Counted from the stretch's first letter, positions 9,377-20,341 are shown. The stretch: 64,000 bases of DNA from Alphaproteobacteria bacterium (GCA_022826185.1 JAJDVH010000153.1:5070-69069), one strand, 5' to 3'. Program-made: numbers and translations. The notes: generated by a model not told the origin, from the letters alone.

Positions 9377-10165
9377 ATGCAGATTTCCATGACCGGGCGC
9401 ACGGCGCTCATCACCGGCGGCAGCGACGGCATGGGCCGGGCGATGGCGCTGAAATTCGCAGGCGCCGGCGCGTCGGTCGCCATCGCCGCCCGCCGCCAGG
9501 GGCCGCTCGACGAGGCGCTGGCCGCGCTGGAAGCGGTTGCGCCCGGCCGCGCGGCTGCTTTTTCCGCCGACGTCAGCAGGGTCGAAGACTGCGAACGGAT
9601 CTACCGCGATACCGTCGCGCGGTTCGGCGCCGTGGATATCCTGGTCAACAATGCCGGAACTTCGCAGACCGGCAAATTCGAAGAGATCGACGATGCGACC
9701 TGGCAGGCCGACCTCGACCTCAAGCTGTTCGCCGCGATTCGGCTGTCGCGCCTGGCGCTGCCCGACATGAAGGCGCGTGGCTGGGGCCGGATCGTCAATG
9801 TGTTGAATGTGGGCGCGAAGGCGCCGCAGGCCGGCGGCGCGCCAACGGCCGTTTCGCGGGCGGCGGGCATGGCGCTTACCAAGGTGCTGGCAGGCGAGGG
9901 CGCTCCGCACGGTGTGCTGGTCAACGCGCTGTTGACCGGGTTTATCCGTTCCGGCCAGTGGGTCCGCCGGCATGCGAACGCGGCCCCGGACACGGACTTC
10001 GACACCTGGCTCGGAGAGATGGCGGGCAATCTGGGCGTGCCGCTCGGGCGGTTCGGCGAGGCCGAGGAATTCGCCAATATCGCCTGTTTCCTGGCCTCCG
10101 ACGCCGGTTCCTACATCACGGGCACGGCGATCAATGTGGACGGGAACCGCAGCCCGGTCGTCTAG
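9377..10165 (+). CDS. SDR-family oxidoreductase
   Basis: TGxxxGxG (ITGGSDGMG) near the N-terminus and a YxxxK-type catalytic region; 262 aa. Confidence 0.85.
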   Translation: MQISMTGRTALITGGSDGMGRAMALKFAGAGASVAIAARRQGPLDEALAALEAVAPGRAAAFSADVSRVEDCERIYRDTVARFGAVDILVNNAGTSQTGKFEEIDDATWQADLDLKLFAAIRLSRLALPDMKARGWGRIVNVLNVGAKAPQAGGAPTAVSRAAGMALTKVLAGEGAPHGVLVNALLTGFIRSGQWVRRHANAAPDTDFDTWLGEMAGNLGVPLGRFGEAEEFANIACFLASDAGSYITGTAINVDGNRSPVV

Positions 10166-10339
10166 CCGCGCTTCGGGCAACCTGTCGCCTGCCCCGCTGC
10201 GGCTTGCATTCCGGGGCGCGCGCGCGTAAACAGCCGGCGATTTCGCACGCGGGCCGCGGCCGACAAGGCCGGTCCGGTTCCTTCCCGAGGGAAGGCGACG
10301 GCCCGCGTCAGGACAAACCGGAACGAGGAAGGCGAGCCG

Positions 10340-11410
10340 ATGGCCGTGCCGACATTCACCATGCGCCAGCTTCTGGAAGCGGGCGTTCACTTCGGACATC
10401 ACACCCGACGCTGGAACCCGAGGATGGCGCCTTTCATCTTCGGGATCCGCAACGGCATCCACATCATGGACCTCCAGCAGACGGTCCCGATGCTCTACCG
10501 GGCGCTGGAAGCGGTTTCCAATGTTGTGGGCGAGGGCGGGCGCGTGCTGTTCGTCGGAACCAAGCGCCAGGCGCAGGAGACCGTGGCCGAGTCCGCCCGC
10601 CAGTGCGGACAGTATTTCGTCAACCACCGCTGGCTCGGCGGCATGCTGACCAACTGGAAGACGATCTCCAACTCCATAAACCGGTTGCGCGAGCTCGAGG
10701 AGCAACTGGCGCAGGACGATCTCGGCCTGACCAAGAAGGAGTTCCTGCAACTCCAGCGCGAACGCGACAAGCTGGAGCAGACGCTTGGCGGCATCAAGGA
10801 GATGGCGGGTCTGCCCGACATCCTGTTCGTGATCGACACCAACAAGGAGCACATCGCCGTCGCCGAGGCCCGCAAGCTGAACATCCCTGTGGTCGCCGTG
10901 CTAGACAGCAACTCCGATCCGGATGGCGTCGAGTTCCCGGTACCCGGCAATGACGATGCGATCCGGGCGATCTCGCTCTATTGCGAACTGGTGACGGGCG
11001 CGGTGCTTGACGGCATCGAGCGCGAGATGACGGCGACGGGCCAGGACATCGGCGAACTCGAAGCTGCGCCGCAGGAGTTGGTTGCAGAAGGCGCCGGCGA
11101 ACCGGAGGAAGCGCCGGTCGAAGCTGCCGCAGTCGAAAGCGTCGAGGCGGCCGGGGACTCCGAACCGGTCGCTGCAGCCGAGACCGCGGAAGCTGCGGAA
11201 AGTGCCGAGGCAGTCGAGACGGCGGAGGCAGCCGAGACTGTCGAGACAGCAGAGGCAGTTGAAACTGTCGAGACGGCGGAGGCAGCTGAAACTGTCGGGG
11301 CAGCGGGGGAGGCTGAGACTGTCGAAGCCGCGGGGCAGGCTGAGATTGTCGAAACGACAGAGGCGGTCGAAGACGCCGACACGGACGACAACGCCGCGAC
11401 AGCCGGCTGA
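10340..11410 (+). CDS. rpsB: 30S ribosomal protein S2 with a long Ala/Glu/Thr/Val-repeat C-terminal extension
   Basis: N-terminal 250 aa unmistakably S2 ([11 protein letters not shown]…). C-terminal ~100 aa is an acidic [13 protein letters not shown] tandem repeat. Confidence 0.95.
   Translation: MAVPTFTMRQLLEAGVHFGHHTRRWNPRMAPFIFGIRNGIHIMDLQQTVPMLYRALEAVSNVVGEGGRVLFVGTKRQAQETVAESARQCGQYFVNHRWLGGMLTNWKTISNSINRLRELEEQLAQDDLGLTKKEFLQLQRERDKLEQTLGGIKEMAGLPDILFVIDTNKEHIAVAEARKLNIPVVAVLDSNSDPDGVEFPVPGNDDAIRAISLYCELVTGAVLDGIEREMTATGQDIGELEAAPQELVAEGAGEPEEAPVEAAAVESVEAAGDSEPVAAAETAEAAESAEAVETAEAAETVETAEAVETVETAEAAETVGAAGEAETVEAAGQAEIVETTEAVEDADTDDNAATAG
11100..11385 (+). repeat. In-frame imperfect tandem repeat (27-30 nt units, gaggcagc[ct]gagactgtcgagacggcg-like) encoding the S2 acidic tail
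   Basis: Visible periodicity in the DNA and protein ([64 protein letters not shown]). Confidence 0.6.
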
Positions 11411-11446
11411 AACAAGACGAAACGACCGCAAGAAGGACGAACACCG

Positions 11447-12367
11447 ATGGCTCAGGTGACGGCGGCGCTGGTCAAGGATCTGCGCGAGCGGACCGGCGCG
11501 GGCATGATGGACTGCAAGAAGGCGCTGACGGAAAACGGCGCCGATATCGAGGCGGCCCTGGATTGGCTGCGCAAGAAAGGCCTGGCCGCAGCGCAGAAAA
11601 AAGCCGGCCGGACGGCGGCGGAGGGCCTGATCGGCATGGCCCTGGAGGACGGGCGCGGCGCGCTGGTCGAGCTCAATTCCGAAACCGACTTCGTCGCGCG
11701 CAACGAAGGCTTCCAGGTAGCGGTCGCGAAACTGGCCGAACTCGGGCTCGCCGTCGAAGGCGGCATCGACGCGCTGAAGGGAAGCGAGATCGAGGGGCAG
11801 ACGGTCGAAGAGTATGTCACCGGCCTGATCGCCACCATCGGCGAGAACATGAACCTTCGACGCTACGCCACGATCCAGGTCGAGGAAGGCATCGTTGCCG
11901 GCTATGTGCACAGTGCGGCGGCGCCGGGACTCGGCAAGATCGGCGTGCTGGTCGGGCTTGAGTCATCGGGCGACAAGGAGAAACTGGCCGCGCTCGGCAA
12001 GCAGATCGCCATGCATGTCACTTCGGCGAATCCCCGCTGGGTCGGCCGGGACGACGTGGACGAGACGTCAGTAGAACGAGAGCGGGCCATCCTGGTCGAT
12101 CAGGCGAAGGCATCGGGCCGCCCGGACCATGTCATCGAGAAGATGGTCGATGGACGGATGCGCAAATATTACGAGGAGGTCGTGCTCGCGGAGCAGGCCT
12201 TCATCATGGATACCGACAAGTCGGTGGGCAAAGTGCTGGAGGAAGCGGCGGGCGACATCGGCGCGCCGGTTGCCTGCTCCGGCTTCGTGCGGTTTGCGCT
12301 CGGCGAGGGCGTCGAACGCGAAGACAAGGACTTCGCCGCCGAAGTTGCCCAGACGCTGGGAGACTGA
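11447..12367 (+). CDS. tsf: Elongation factor Ts
   Basis: Conserved N-terminus (AALVKDLRERTGAGMMDCKKAL); sits after rpsB. Confidence 0.95.
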   Translation: MAQVTAALVKDLRERTGAGMMDCKKALTENGADIEAALDWLRKKGLAAAQKKAGRTAAEGLIGMALEDGRGALVELNSETDFVARNEGFQVAVAKLAELGLAVEGGIDALKGSEIEGQTVEEYVTGLIATIGENMNLRRYATIQVEEGIVAGYVHSAAAPGLGKIGVLVGLESSGDKEKLAALGKQIAMHVTSANPRWVGRDDVDETSVERERAILVDQAKASGRPDHVIEKMVDGRMRKYYEEVVLAEQAFIMDTDKSVGKVLEEAAGDIGAPVACSGFVRFALGEGVEREDKDFAAEVAQTLGD

Positions 12368-12391
12368 CGGCCGCACCGGACGGGAGAATTC

Positions 12392-13108
12392 ATGGCGCCG
12401 CAAACCCGCTTCAACCGCGTGTTGCTCAAGGTCTCCGGGGAGGCCTTGATGGGCGGCGAGGAGTTCGGCATTGCGCCCTCCACCATGCGCCGCATTGCGG
12501 GCGATATCGCTGAAGCGCAGGCCCTGGGCGTTGAGATCGCGGTCGTCGTTGGCGGGGGCAATATTTTCCGGGGCGTAAATTCCTCGAAGATCGGCGTCGG
12601 GCGTGTGGCCGGCGACAATATGGGGATGCTCGCCACGGTCATAAACGCGCTCGCCCTGCGGGGCGCGCTGGAAGAAGACGGCGTCCAGGCCCGCGTGCAA
12701 AGCGCAATCCCGATGCATACCGTCTGCGAGCAGTTCATACGTGAACGCGCCGAACGCCATCTCAGGCGGGGCCGGGTTCTGGTATTGGCCGGCGGCACCG
12801 GCAACCCGTTCTTCACCACCGATTCCGCCGCGATTTTGCGGGCAAGCGAACTCCGTTGCGACGCGGTTCTCAAGGCCACCAAGGTGGACGGCGTCTATTC
12901 GGCGGACCCGGAACAGGTTCCGGAGGCCGTGCGCTACGATGCGCTGACTTACAAGGAGGTTCTGGAACGCGATCTCAGGGTTATGGACGCCGCCGCCGTT
13001 GCGATGGCGCGCGACAACCGCATTCCGATTCTGGTCTTTTCGCTGCATAATGCCGGCTCGTTCGCGCGCGCGTTGACGGGCCGCGAGGCATCGACGATTA
13101 TCCAGTAG
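12392..13108 (+). CDS. pyrH: UMP kinase
   Basis: RVLLKVSGEAL…GGGNIFRG motifs. Confidence 0.95.
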   Translation: MAPQTRFNRVLLKVSGEALMGGEEFGIAPSTMRRIAGDIAEAQALGVEIAVVVGGGNIFRGVNSSKIGVGRVAGDNMGMLATVINALALRGALEEDGVQARVQSAIPMHTVCEQFIRERAERHLRRGRVLVLAGGTGNPFFTTDSAAILRASELRCDAVLKATKVDGVYSADPEQVPEAVRYDALTYKEVLERDLRVMDAAAVAMARDNRIPILVFSLHNAGSFARALTGREASTIIQ

Positions 13109-13123
13109 GAAAGCGAGATTCTC

Positions 13124-13684
13124 GTGTCCGAAGACCCCGATATCGACGATCTGGAACGGCGTATGAATGGCGCCATCGAGGCGCTGAAGCGAGAGTTTGC
13201 GGGACTGAGAACCGGACGGGCCAGCACTTCGCTTATCGAGCCGTTGACGGTGGAAGCCTATGGCTCGGAAATGCCGATCAACCAGGTGGCAACCCTGGGC
13301 GCGCCCGAGCCGCGCATGCTGACGGTGCAAGTCTGGGACAGGGGCAATGTGAAGGCGGTGGAACGCGCCATCCGCGAGTCGGCGCTCGGGCTCAATCCTG
13401 CGTCCGACGGCCAGTTGATCCGCATCCCCATCCCCGAACTGAGCGAGGAACGCAGGACGGAATTGGCGCGGGTTGCGCACCGCTATGCCGAGCAGGCGCG
13501 GGTGGCCGTCCGCAATGTGCGCCGCGACGGCATGGACAAGCTCAAGCGCATGGAGCGGGCGGGCGACCTTTCCCAGGACGAACAGCATCTCTGGTCTGAA
13601 GAAGTGCAGGAGTTGACGGACCGGTTCGTCAAGGAAATCGACGACGCCGTCACCACCAAAGAATCCGAAATCATGCAGGTGTGA
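13124..13684 (+). CDS. frr: Ribosome recycling factor
   Basis: GTG start; 186 aa with conserved RRF sequence. Confidence 0.9.
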   Translation: MSEDPDIDDLERRMNGAIEALKREFAGLRTGRASTSLIEPLTVEAYGSEMPINQVATLGAPEPRMLTVQVWDRGNVKAVERAIRESALGLNPASDGQLIRIPIPELSEERRTELARVAHRYAEQARVAVRNVRRDGMDKLKRMERAGDLSQDEQHLWSEEVQELTDRFVKEIDDAVTTKESEIMQV

Positions 13685-14427
13685 CCGCGATGGCGGTCCG
13701 AACACGGGCGTTTCCGGCGCCGCTTTCGCTGCCGCGCCATGTGGCGGTCACCATGGACGGCAACGGGCGCTGGGCCGCTGCGCGCGGTCTGCCGCGTGCC
13801 ACAGGCCACGCACGGGGTGCGGAAGCGGCGCGTGCAACGGTGCGGGCGGCAACCGAACTGGGTATCGAGATCCTTACGCTCTACAGCTTCTCGTCGGAGA
13901 ACTGGCGGCGTTCGGTGGAGGAGGTCAACGATCTGCTCGGCCTGCTGCGATACTATCTGGGCCGGGAACTGGACGACATGCACCGGAACGGAGTCCGCTT
14001 GCGAATGATCGGGGAACGGGACCGCCTGCCCGCCGACCTCTGCCAGCGGATCGTCCATGCCGAAGCCCTGACTGCCGCCAATGACGCTATCCTGGTGCAG
14101 GTCGCTTTCAGCTATGGGGGACGCGGCGAGATCGTGCGCGCCGCGCGCGGCCTGGTCGAGGATGGAGCTGCCGGCAGGCTGCTGCCCGGCGACATCGACG
14201 AAGCCGCCTTTGCGGCAAGGCTGGATACGGCGGGCATACCGGACCCGGACCTGATGATCCGTACCGGCGGCGAGATGCGCATCAGCAATTTTCTGCTGTG
14301 GCAGGCCGCTTATGCCGAATTCGTGTTTACCGACAGGCTCTGGCCGGATTTCTCGAAATCCGACCTCGAAGAGGCGCTCGCCGAATTCAGCCGGCGCGAA
14401 CGGCGTTATGGCGCTCGGGCTGCCTGA
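13681..14427 (+). CDS. uppS: Isoprenyl transferase (undecaprenyl-diphosphate synthase)
   Basis: [15 protein letters not shown] motif. Start is GTG 13681 or ATG 13690. Confidence 0.9.
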   Translation: MTAMAVRTRAFPAPLSLPRHVAVTMDGNGRWAAARGLPRATGHARGAEAARATVRAATELGIEILTLYSFSSENWRRSVEEVNDLLGLLRYYLGRELDDMHRNGVRLRMIGERDRLPADLCQRIVHAEALTAANDAILVQVAFSYGGRGEIVRAARGLVEDGAAGRLLPGDIDEAAFAARLDTAGIPDPDLMIRTGGEMRISNFLLWQAAYAEFVFTDRLWPDFSKSDLEEALAEFSRRERRYGARAA

Positions 14428-15190
14428 CGACACCCTTCAGCGTTCGGTCGCGGCCATCCTGTTGATGCCCGCAGCGATTCTGGCGGTGTGGGCTGGAACC
14501 CCGTTCTGGGAAGCGCTGGTGTTCGCGGGCGCGCTGGTTGCCGGGCGCGAGTGGGCCGCCATGGCGGAGCCGGGCGCGGTAAAGGCGTTCATGGCGATTC
14601 CGGCGGTTGCAGCCGTGCCCGTGCTGTTTTCGGCATCGGCGCTCGTTCAGGGCGCGGTCGCGCTCGGTGCGGCCGCTGCAGCCGGCTTGCTCCTCAGGCG
14701 AAAGGCGCTGGCGGTCGGGGCGCTCTATATCGCGGTGCCCGTCATGTGCCTCGTCGCGCTCCGGCGTCCGGAATCCGGGGGGATGGAGCTGGCGATCTGG
14801 CTGTTCGCCGTCATCTGGGCGGGGGATATCGCGGCCTGGTGGACAGGGCGGCGCTTCGGCGGCCCGAAACTCGCGCCTGCCTGGAGCCCGGGCAAGACCT
14901 GGAGCGGCCTTCTCGGCGGTCTCGCTGCAGCCGGTCTGGCCGGCGCGGGGGTGAGTACGGTCTTCGGTCCGTCCGGGGCGGCGGGCGAGGGCTTCGCCGC
15001 CGGCATCCTGGTCGGCGCGGCAGGGGCGGCGGGCGACTTGTTCGAAAGTGCGTGCAAACGCCGTTTCGGCGTCAAGGACAGCGGACGCCTTATTCCCGGA
15101 CATGGCGGGCTGCTCGACCGCGTGGACGCGCTCCTGGCGGGCGCGGTTGCAGTCATGCTGCTTGCGGCTTGCGGATGGCGCTGGACATGA
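14408..15190 (+). CDS. cdsA: Phosphatidate cytidylyltransferase
   Basis: Start reassigned to ATG 14408 (overlaps the uppS end by 20 nt). Multi-TM CDP-diglyceride synthase with the C-terminal GHGGxLDRxD motif. Confidence 0.85.
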   Translation: MALGLPDDTLQRSVAAILLMPAAILAVWAGTPFWEALVFAGALVAGREWAAMAEPGAVKAFMAIPAVAAVPVLFSASALVQGAVALGAAAAAGLLLRRKALAVGALYIAVPVMCLVALRRPESGGMELAIWLFAVIWAGDIAAWWTGRRFGGPKLAPAWSPGKTWSGLLGGLAAAGLAGAGVSTVFGPSGAAGEGFAAGILVGAAGAAGDLFESACKRRFGVKDSGRLIPGHGGLLDRVDALLAGAVAVMLLAACGWRWT

Positions 15191-16362
15191 CAGCGAAGCG
15201 GGTGACGGTGCTGGGTTCGACGGGTTCGGTTGGCGCAAACACGCTTTCCGTCATCGCCGAACACCCCGACCGCTTCCGGGTCGTCGCGCTCGCCGCGGGC
15301 AGGAACGCCGCCGCGCTCGTGCAGCAGGCGCAGAGCTTTCGGCCCGACTTTGCCGCCATTGCCGATCCCGCCGGCTATCCGACGCTGAAGGAAGGGCTGG
15401 CCGGCACCGGAATCGAAGTGGCGGCCGGGCCGGATGCCGTGGCGGAAGCTGCCAGGCGCGACGCCGGATGGGTCATGGCGGCAATCGCCGGCGCGGCGGG
15501 CCTGGAATCCACGCTCGCCGCCGTAGAGCGCGGCGCAGTCGTCGCGCTGGCCAACAAGGAGAGCCTGGTGTGCGCGGGCGAGCTGATGATGGCTGCGGCC
15601 CGCGCTTCGGGAAGCATGATCCTGCCGGTCGATTCCGAGCACAATGCGATCTTCCAGGTTTTCGACGACCGTTGCCGGGAGGCGGTGCGCCGCCTGATCC
15701 TGACGGCATCCGGTGGCCCCTTCCGGTGCGCCAGCCGGGACCGGATGGCCGCTGTGCGGCCTGCGGAGGCGCTCCGCCACCCCAACTGGGACATGGGCGC
15801 CAAGATCACCATCGATTCGGCCACCATGATGAACAAGGGCCTGGAGCTCATCGAAGCCCACCACCTGTTCGCGATGCCGGGCGAGGCCATAGACATTCTC
15901 GTCCATCCGCAATCCATCGTGCACTCCATGGTGGAATATGCGGATGGATCGGTGCTGGCGCAGCTGGGAACGCCCGATATGCGCACGCCCATCGCCGTCG
16001 CGCTGGCCTGGCCGGAGCGCCTGGCGGTTACGGGCGAACGCCTCGATCTCTCGGTTGTGGGCCGCCTCGATTTTGAACCGCCCGATCCCGAGCGGTTCCC
16101 GGCCCTTGCGCTGGCCCGAAAGGCCCTGGAACGCGGGGGCAGGGAACCTGCCGCGCTCAGTGCGGCCAACGAGGTGGCGGTCGCGGCTTTCTTGTCGGAG
16201 CGGATCGGCTTTCTGCAAATCGCCGACATTGCGGGGAACACGGTTGCTGAATTAGGTTCGGGTCCGCTTGCGGGGCTGGACGATGTGCGTTCCGCGGACA
16301 GGGAGGCTCGGGAGGTGGCGGAAAGGTTCGTCGAGCGGGCCGCAGCCGCAGGTCCGCGCTAG
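15187..16362 (+). CDS. dxr: 1-deoxy-D-xylulose-5-phosphate reductoisomerase
   Basis: ATG 15187 overlaps the cdsA stop (ATGA). MTAKRVTVLGSTGSVGANTLSV N-terminus; the 624-aa ORF-track fusion is rejected. Confidence 0.9.
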   Translation: MTAKRVTVLGSTGSVGANTLSVIAEHPDRFRVVALAAGRNAAALVQQAQSFRPDFAAIADPAGYPTLKEGLAGTGIEVAAGPDAVAEAARRDAGWVMAAIAGAAGLESTLAAVERGAVVALANKESLVCAGELMMAAARASGSMILPVDSEHNAIFQVFDDRCREAVRRLILTASGGPFRCASRDRMAAVRPAEALRHPNWDMGAKITIDSATMMNKGLELIEAHHLFAMPGEAIDILVHPQSIVHSMVEYADGSVLAQLGTPDMRTPIAVALAWPERLAVTGERLDLSVVGRLDFEPPDPERFPALALARKALERGGREPAALSAANEVAVAAFLSERIGFLQIADIAGNTVAELGSGPLAGLDDVRSADREAREVAERFVERAAAAGPR

Positions 16363-16374
16363 GGAGGCGCCGGG

Positions 16375-17487
16375 TTGAGCTTTCTTTGGGAATATCTGGT
16401 TCCGTTCCTGGTGCTCCTGGGCGTACTCGTCTTCGTGCACGAGTTCGGTCATTACTGGGCGGCGCGGCGCTGCGGCGTTCGGGTCGAGGTCTTTTCCGTG
16501 GGCTTCGGCCGGGAGCTCTGGGGCTGGACCGACCGGGCCGGAACGCGGTGGAAGATCGCCATAATCCCGCTCGGCGGTTATGTGCGCATGTTCGGCGACG
16601 CGGGAGAGGCGGTTGGCGGGCCGGTATTGACCCCGGAGGAACGGAGCGTCGCCTTCGGAGCCAAACCCCTGGGTCAAAGAGCGTTCATCGTGGCGGCCGG
16701 ACCGGCCGCCAACTTCCTGTTCGCAATCCTTGTCGCTGCCGTGATGTTCATGACGTACGGCCAGAGGCATACCAGCCCGGTCGTGACCGCAGTCGTTGAA
16801 GACAGCGCCGCCGCAGCCGCCGGCATCCGGGCCGGAGACCGGTTCGTTGCGCTCGACGGCGAGACCATTGCGCGCTTCGAGGACCTGCAGCGGATCGTTC
16901 GCCTGAGCCCGGGCCGCCCCCTGGAAGCGGTCCTGGAGCGCGACGGCGAGGAGACCGCGCTGACGATTACGCCACGGGTCTCGCAGCAGACCGACAGCCT
17001 TGGCAACGTGCATGAATTCGGCCTGCTCGGCGTGCGCGGCAAGATGACGGAGATGGTGCGCTATGGCCCCGGTAAGGCGCTTGTCGCGGCTGTCGACTAC
17101 ACATGGACCATGACGGCGACCATCCTGACCTTTATCGGCGAGATGATCGAGGGTCGTCGTTCCACCGACGAACTGGGCGGGGTGCTGCGCATCGGACATA
17201 TCGCCGGCGAGGTCGCGAAGATCGACTTCTCGGCCTATCTGCACTTCATGGTGCTGCTGTCGATCAATCTGGGTCTCATCAACCTGTTCCCGATTCCGCT
17301 TCTGGATGGAGGGCACCTGGTGTTTTACGCCATTGAGGCAATCCGGGGCCGTCCGCTGGGGCAGAAGGCGCAGGAGATCGGGTTCAGAATCGGACTGGGA
17401 GCGGTCGTTGCGCTGATGCTGTTCGTAACCTGGAACGACTTGGTGTACTTTCAGGTCGTTGCGTTTCTGGAACGCGTCGTCGGATGA
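16375..17487 (+). CDS. rseP: RIP zinc metalloprotease RseP (site-2 protease)
   Basis: TTG start (SFLWEYLVPF…HEFGHY). HExxH motif and PDZ region. Confidence 0.9.
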   Translation: MSFLWEYLVPFLVLLGVLVFVHEFGHYWAARRCGVRVEVFSVGFGRELWGWTDRAGTRWKIAIIPLGGYVRMFGDAGEAVGGPVLTPEERSVAFGAKPLGQRAFIVAAGPAANFLFAILVAAVMFMTYGQRHTSPVVTAVVEDSAAAAAGIRAGDRFVALDGETIARFEDLQRIVRLSPGRPLEAVLERDGEETALTITPRVSQQTDSLGNVHEFGLLGVRGKMTEMVRYGPGKALVAAVDYTWTMTATILTFIGEMIEGRRSTDELGGVLRIGHIAGEVAKIDFSAYLHFMVLLSINLGLINLFPIPLLDGGHLVFYAIEAIRGRPLGQKAQEIGFRIGLGAVVALMLFVTWNDLVYFQVVAFLERVVG

Positions 17488-17507
17488 CGCCATCATTGGG
17501 GGTTACC

Positions 17508-19805
17508 ATGGACAAATGGCGAGCCGCGCTTGCCGCATGGGCACTGGCCGCCATTATGGCGCTGGCGCCGGTTGCGGCCGGCGCCCAGAGCGGAGGCGCA
17601 ATCCGCGATATCGAGGTCGTCGGCGCGCAGCGCATCGATCCCGAGACCGTACGGTCCTACCTGCGTATCCGGCCCGGCGATGTCCTCGGGCCGAGAAGCA
17701 TCAGCGATGCCCTAAAAAGCCTGTTCGAGACCGGTTATTTCGCCGATGCCAGCATCGATGTACGCGGCGGCGTCCTGGTTGTGACGGTGGCCGAGAACCC
17801 GATCGTCAACCGGATTGCATTCGAAGGCAATCGGCGCATCGACGACGAGACCCTGAGCCCCGAGGTGCAGCTGAAACCGCGCCAGATCTTCACCCGCTCG
17901 GCGGCGGAAAAGGATGTCAAGCGTATTCTGGAAATCTACCGGCGGTCCGGCCGGTTTGCCGCGAGTGTCGAAGCAAAGCTCATCGAGCTTCCGCAGAATC
18001 GCGTTGATGTCGCTTTCGAAATCGTCGAGGGAGACCAGACGCTCATCGAGAAAATCATTTTCATCGGCAATGAGCAATTCAGCGACAGCGACCTGATCGG
18101 CGAGATCAGCAGCAAGGAAGCGGCCTGGTACCGCTTTCTCTCCAACGACGATGTTTACGACCCGGACCGCGTCGCCTTCGACCGCGAACTGCTTCGCGGT
18201 TTCTACCTCTCGGAGGGCTATGTCGATTTCCGGGTCACTTCGGCCGTGGCGGAGCTCACGCCGGACCGGGACGGCTTCATCCTGACTTTCACGGTCGAGG
18301 AAGGCCCGCAATATACCTTCGGCAAGATCGAACTCGAAAACAAATTGATTGATGTTCCGGATTTTCGCCTGTCCCTGTTGCTCAAGCCGCGATCCGGCGA
18401 AATCTACAACAACGAATTGGTTCGCGAGACGGTTGACGATCTGGTCGATGAGGTCGGAACGTTCGGTTTCGCATTCGTCGATGTGCAGCCGCGTTCGAAA
18501 GTCCGTAGAGAAGAAAAGGAAGTCGATCTGGTCTTCCTCGTGGATGAAGGCCCGAGAGTGTATGTCGAACGTATCGACATCGAAGGAAATTTGCGCACGC
18601 TGGATCGTGTTATCAGGCGCGAATTCGGGATTGTAGAGGGGGATGCCTTCAACACTTCCAAAATTTCCCGCGCGACCCGGCGGGTCCGGAATCTCGGCTA
18701 CTTCAAGAAAGTCGATGTTTCGAACGAGCAGGGCAGTAGTTCGGATCGGGCAAAGGTAACGGTTGAGGTTGAAGAGACACCTACCGGAGAATTCTCGATC
18801 GGAGCCGGATATTCGAGCGAAAGCGGGGCCTTGTTCAACGTAAGGCTTGCTGAACGAAATCTGCTCGGGAAAGGACAGGAACTTGCCTTGGCCGCCACCG
18901 TGTCCGAGAGCCAGAACCAGATCGACCTGTCGTTCACCGAACCCTACTTCCAGGACCAGCCGATCTCGGTGGGCGCGGATGTGTTCCGGCTCACGACGGA
19001 TTATGACGACAGGCAGATCGACGAAGAGGAGACTATCGGTGGCCGCCTGAGGGTCGGCTACAAGCTGTCCGAGAACTGGACCCAGAGATGGCGCTATACC
19101 CTGAGTCAACGCAATACGGACTACGATGAAAGCAGAACAACCCTTAAAGATTCCGACACGCTGTTGTCGGCCGTCGGGCACGAGGTCGCTTACGACACGC
19201 GGGACAACCGGTTCACCCCGACATCCGGGCGCGTGCTGAGCATCGGCAACGACCTTGCCGGCCTCGGAGGCGATGCCTCCTTCCTTCGCACCGATGTCAG
19301 GGGCTCCCAGTATCTCCCAATGTCGAAACGGCCGACGGTGACGCTGGCACTGTCGGCAAGGGCGGGGGCCATCGTCGGCCTCGGCGAGGATGTCGAGGGT
19401 TCCGACCGTTATTTCCTCGGCGGCAGGAGCTTGAGGGGCTTTGAAAGCGGTGGCGTCGGCCCGAGGTGCAGGACGGGGCTGGACGGCTGTATTTCTGGCG
19501 TTGCACTCGGAGGAAATTACCTCGCCACCGCGACTGCCGAGGCGATCTTCCCGATCGGGCTATCGTCCGAGGACCTGGGCCTTCAGGGCAGGCTTTTCGC
19601 CGAGTTCGGTACGCTTTTCGATGTCGATACCAATATCAATAACGACCAATACCACGACGAGTCCTCGATACGCGGTTCGCTGGGCTTCGGTGTTTCCTGG
19701 ACCACGCCGCTCGGCCCGCTTCGCCTGGATTTCGCCTGGCCTGTGATGAAAGAGGATTACGACAAGGACGAGACGATCCTGTTCAGCATCGGGACCCAGT
19801 TCTGA
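17508..19805 (+). CDS. bamA: Outer membrane protein assembly factor BamA
   Basis: Signal peptide (MDKWRAALAAWALAAIMALAPVAAGAQ), POTRA repeats, and a C-terminal beta-barrel ending …FSIGTQF. Confidence 0.95.
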   Translation: MDKWRAALAAWALAAIMALAPVAAGAQSGGAIRDIEVVGAQRIDPETVRSYLRIRPGDVLGPRSISDALKSLFETGYFADASIDVRGGVLVVTVAENPIVNRIAFEGNRRIDDETLSPEVQLKPRQIFTRSAAEKDVKRILEIYRRSGRFAASVEAKLIELPQNRVDVAFEIVEGDQTLIEKIIFIGNEQFSDSDLIGEISSKEAAWYRFLSNDDVYDPDRVAFDRELLRGFYLSEGYVDFRVTSAVAELTPDRDGFILTFTVEEGPQYTFGKIELENKLIDVPDFRLSLLLKPRSGEIYNNELVRETVDDLVDEVGTFGFAFVDVQPRSKVRREEKEVDLVFLVDEGPRVYVERIDIEGNLRTLDRVIRREFGIVEGDAFNTSKISRATRRVRNLGYFKKVDVSNEQGSSSDRAKVTVEVEETPTGEFSIGAGYSSESGALFNVRLAERNLLGKGQELALAATVSESQNQIDLSFTEPYFQDQPISVGADVFRLTTDYDDRQIDEEETIGGRLRVGYKLSENWTQRWRYTLSQRNTDYDESRTTLKDSDTLLSAVGHEVAYDTRDNRFTPTSGRVLSIGNDLAGLGGDASFLRTDVRGSQYLPMSKRPTVTLALSARAGAIVGLGEDVEGSDRYFLGGRSLRGFESGGVGPRCRTGLDGCISGVALGGNYLATATAEAIFPIGLSSEDLGLQGRLFAEFGTLFDVDTNINNDQYHDESSIRGSLGFGVSWTTPLGPLRLDFAWPVMKEDYDKDETILFSIGTQF

Positions 19806-20341
19806 TGCGAACACTTGCTGCGGTTTTGCTGCTGTGCTTCTGCACGGCGCCGGTTCTGGCGGCCGTGCCGCAATCGGTGGTGATCGTCATTGATACCAAC
19901 CGGATCATGCGCGAGGCCAGGGCAACGGTGGAAATTGCCAGGCAGGTGGAAGCCATCGGCGCCCGCTACGGGAGCGAGTTCAAGGCCGCTGAAGCCCGCC
20001 TGCGGCAGGAAGACCAGGCGCTGACGAACCAGCGCAACCTGATTAACAAGGAGGCCTACAAGGCAAAAGCGCAGGAATTGCACGAGAGATTGGCGACGCT
20101 TCGCAGCAAGGCTCAACGCCAAAGGACGAATCTCGACCGGGCGCGTTCCGAAGCCGTGCGCAAGGTTCAATTGCAGCTTCTGCGCGTTGCGGGCGAATTA
20201 GCCGGGGAACTCGGAGCGAATATTGTGGTACAGAAGGCTGCCTTGGTCTGGGCCGACGAGAGTGCTCTGGAAATTACCGAAGATGCCCTGGAGCGCTTGA
20301 ATGAGGTCCTGCCGAGTGTAACCATCGAGTTGGATCGGTAG
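19805..20341 (+). CDS. OmpH/Skp-family periplasmic chaperone
   Basis: 178 aa with signal peptide and coiled-coil. TGATG overlap with bamA. Confidence 0.8.
   Translation: MRTLAAVLLLCFCTAPVLAAVPQSVVIVIDTNRIMREARATVEIARQVEAIGARYGSEFKAAEARLRQEDQALTNQRNLINKEAYKAKAQELHERLATLRSKAQRQRTNLDRARSEAVRKVQLQLLRVAGELAGELGANIVVQKAALVWADESALEITEDALERLNEVLPSVTIELDR

Noticed and set aside
10166-10339. Structured GC-rich leader upstream of rpsB as a possible riboswitch or ncRNA
   Set aside because: No recognisable riboswitch consensus. More likely the S2 autoregulatory leader, and I cannot support a specific call from the sequence.
14488-16362. 624-aa ORF suggesting a large fusion protein
   Set aside because: Only the C-terminal 391 aa (from ATG 15187) matches Dxr. 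The upstream part is the cdsA region read in another frame.
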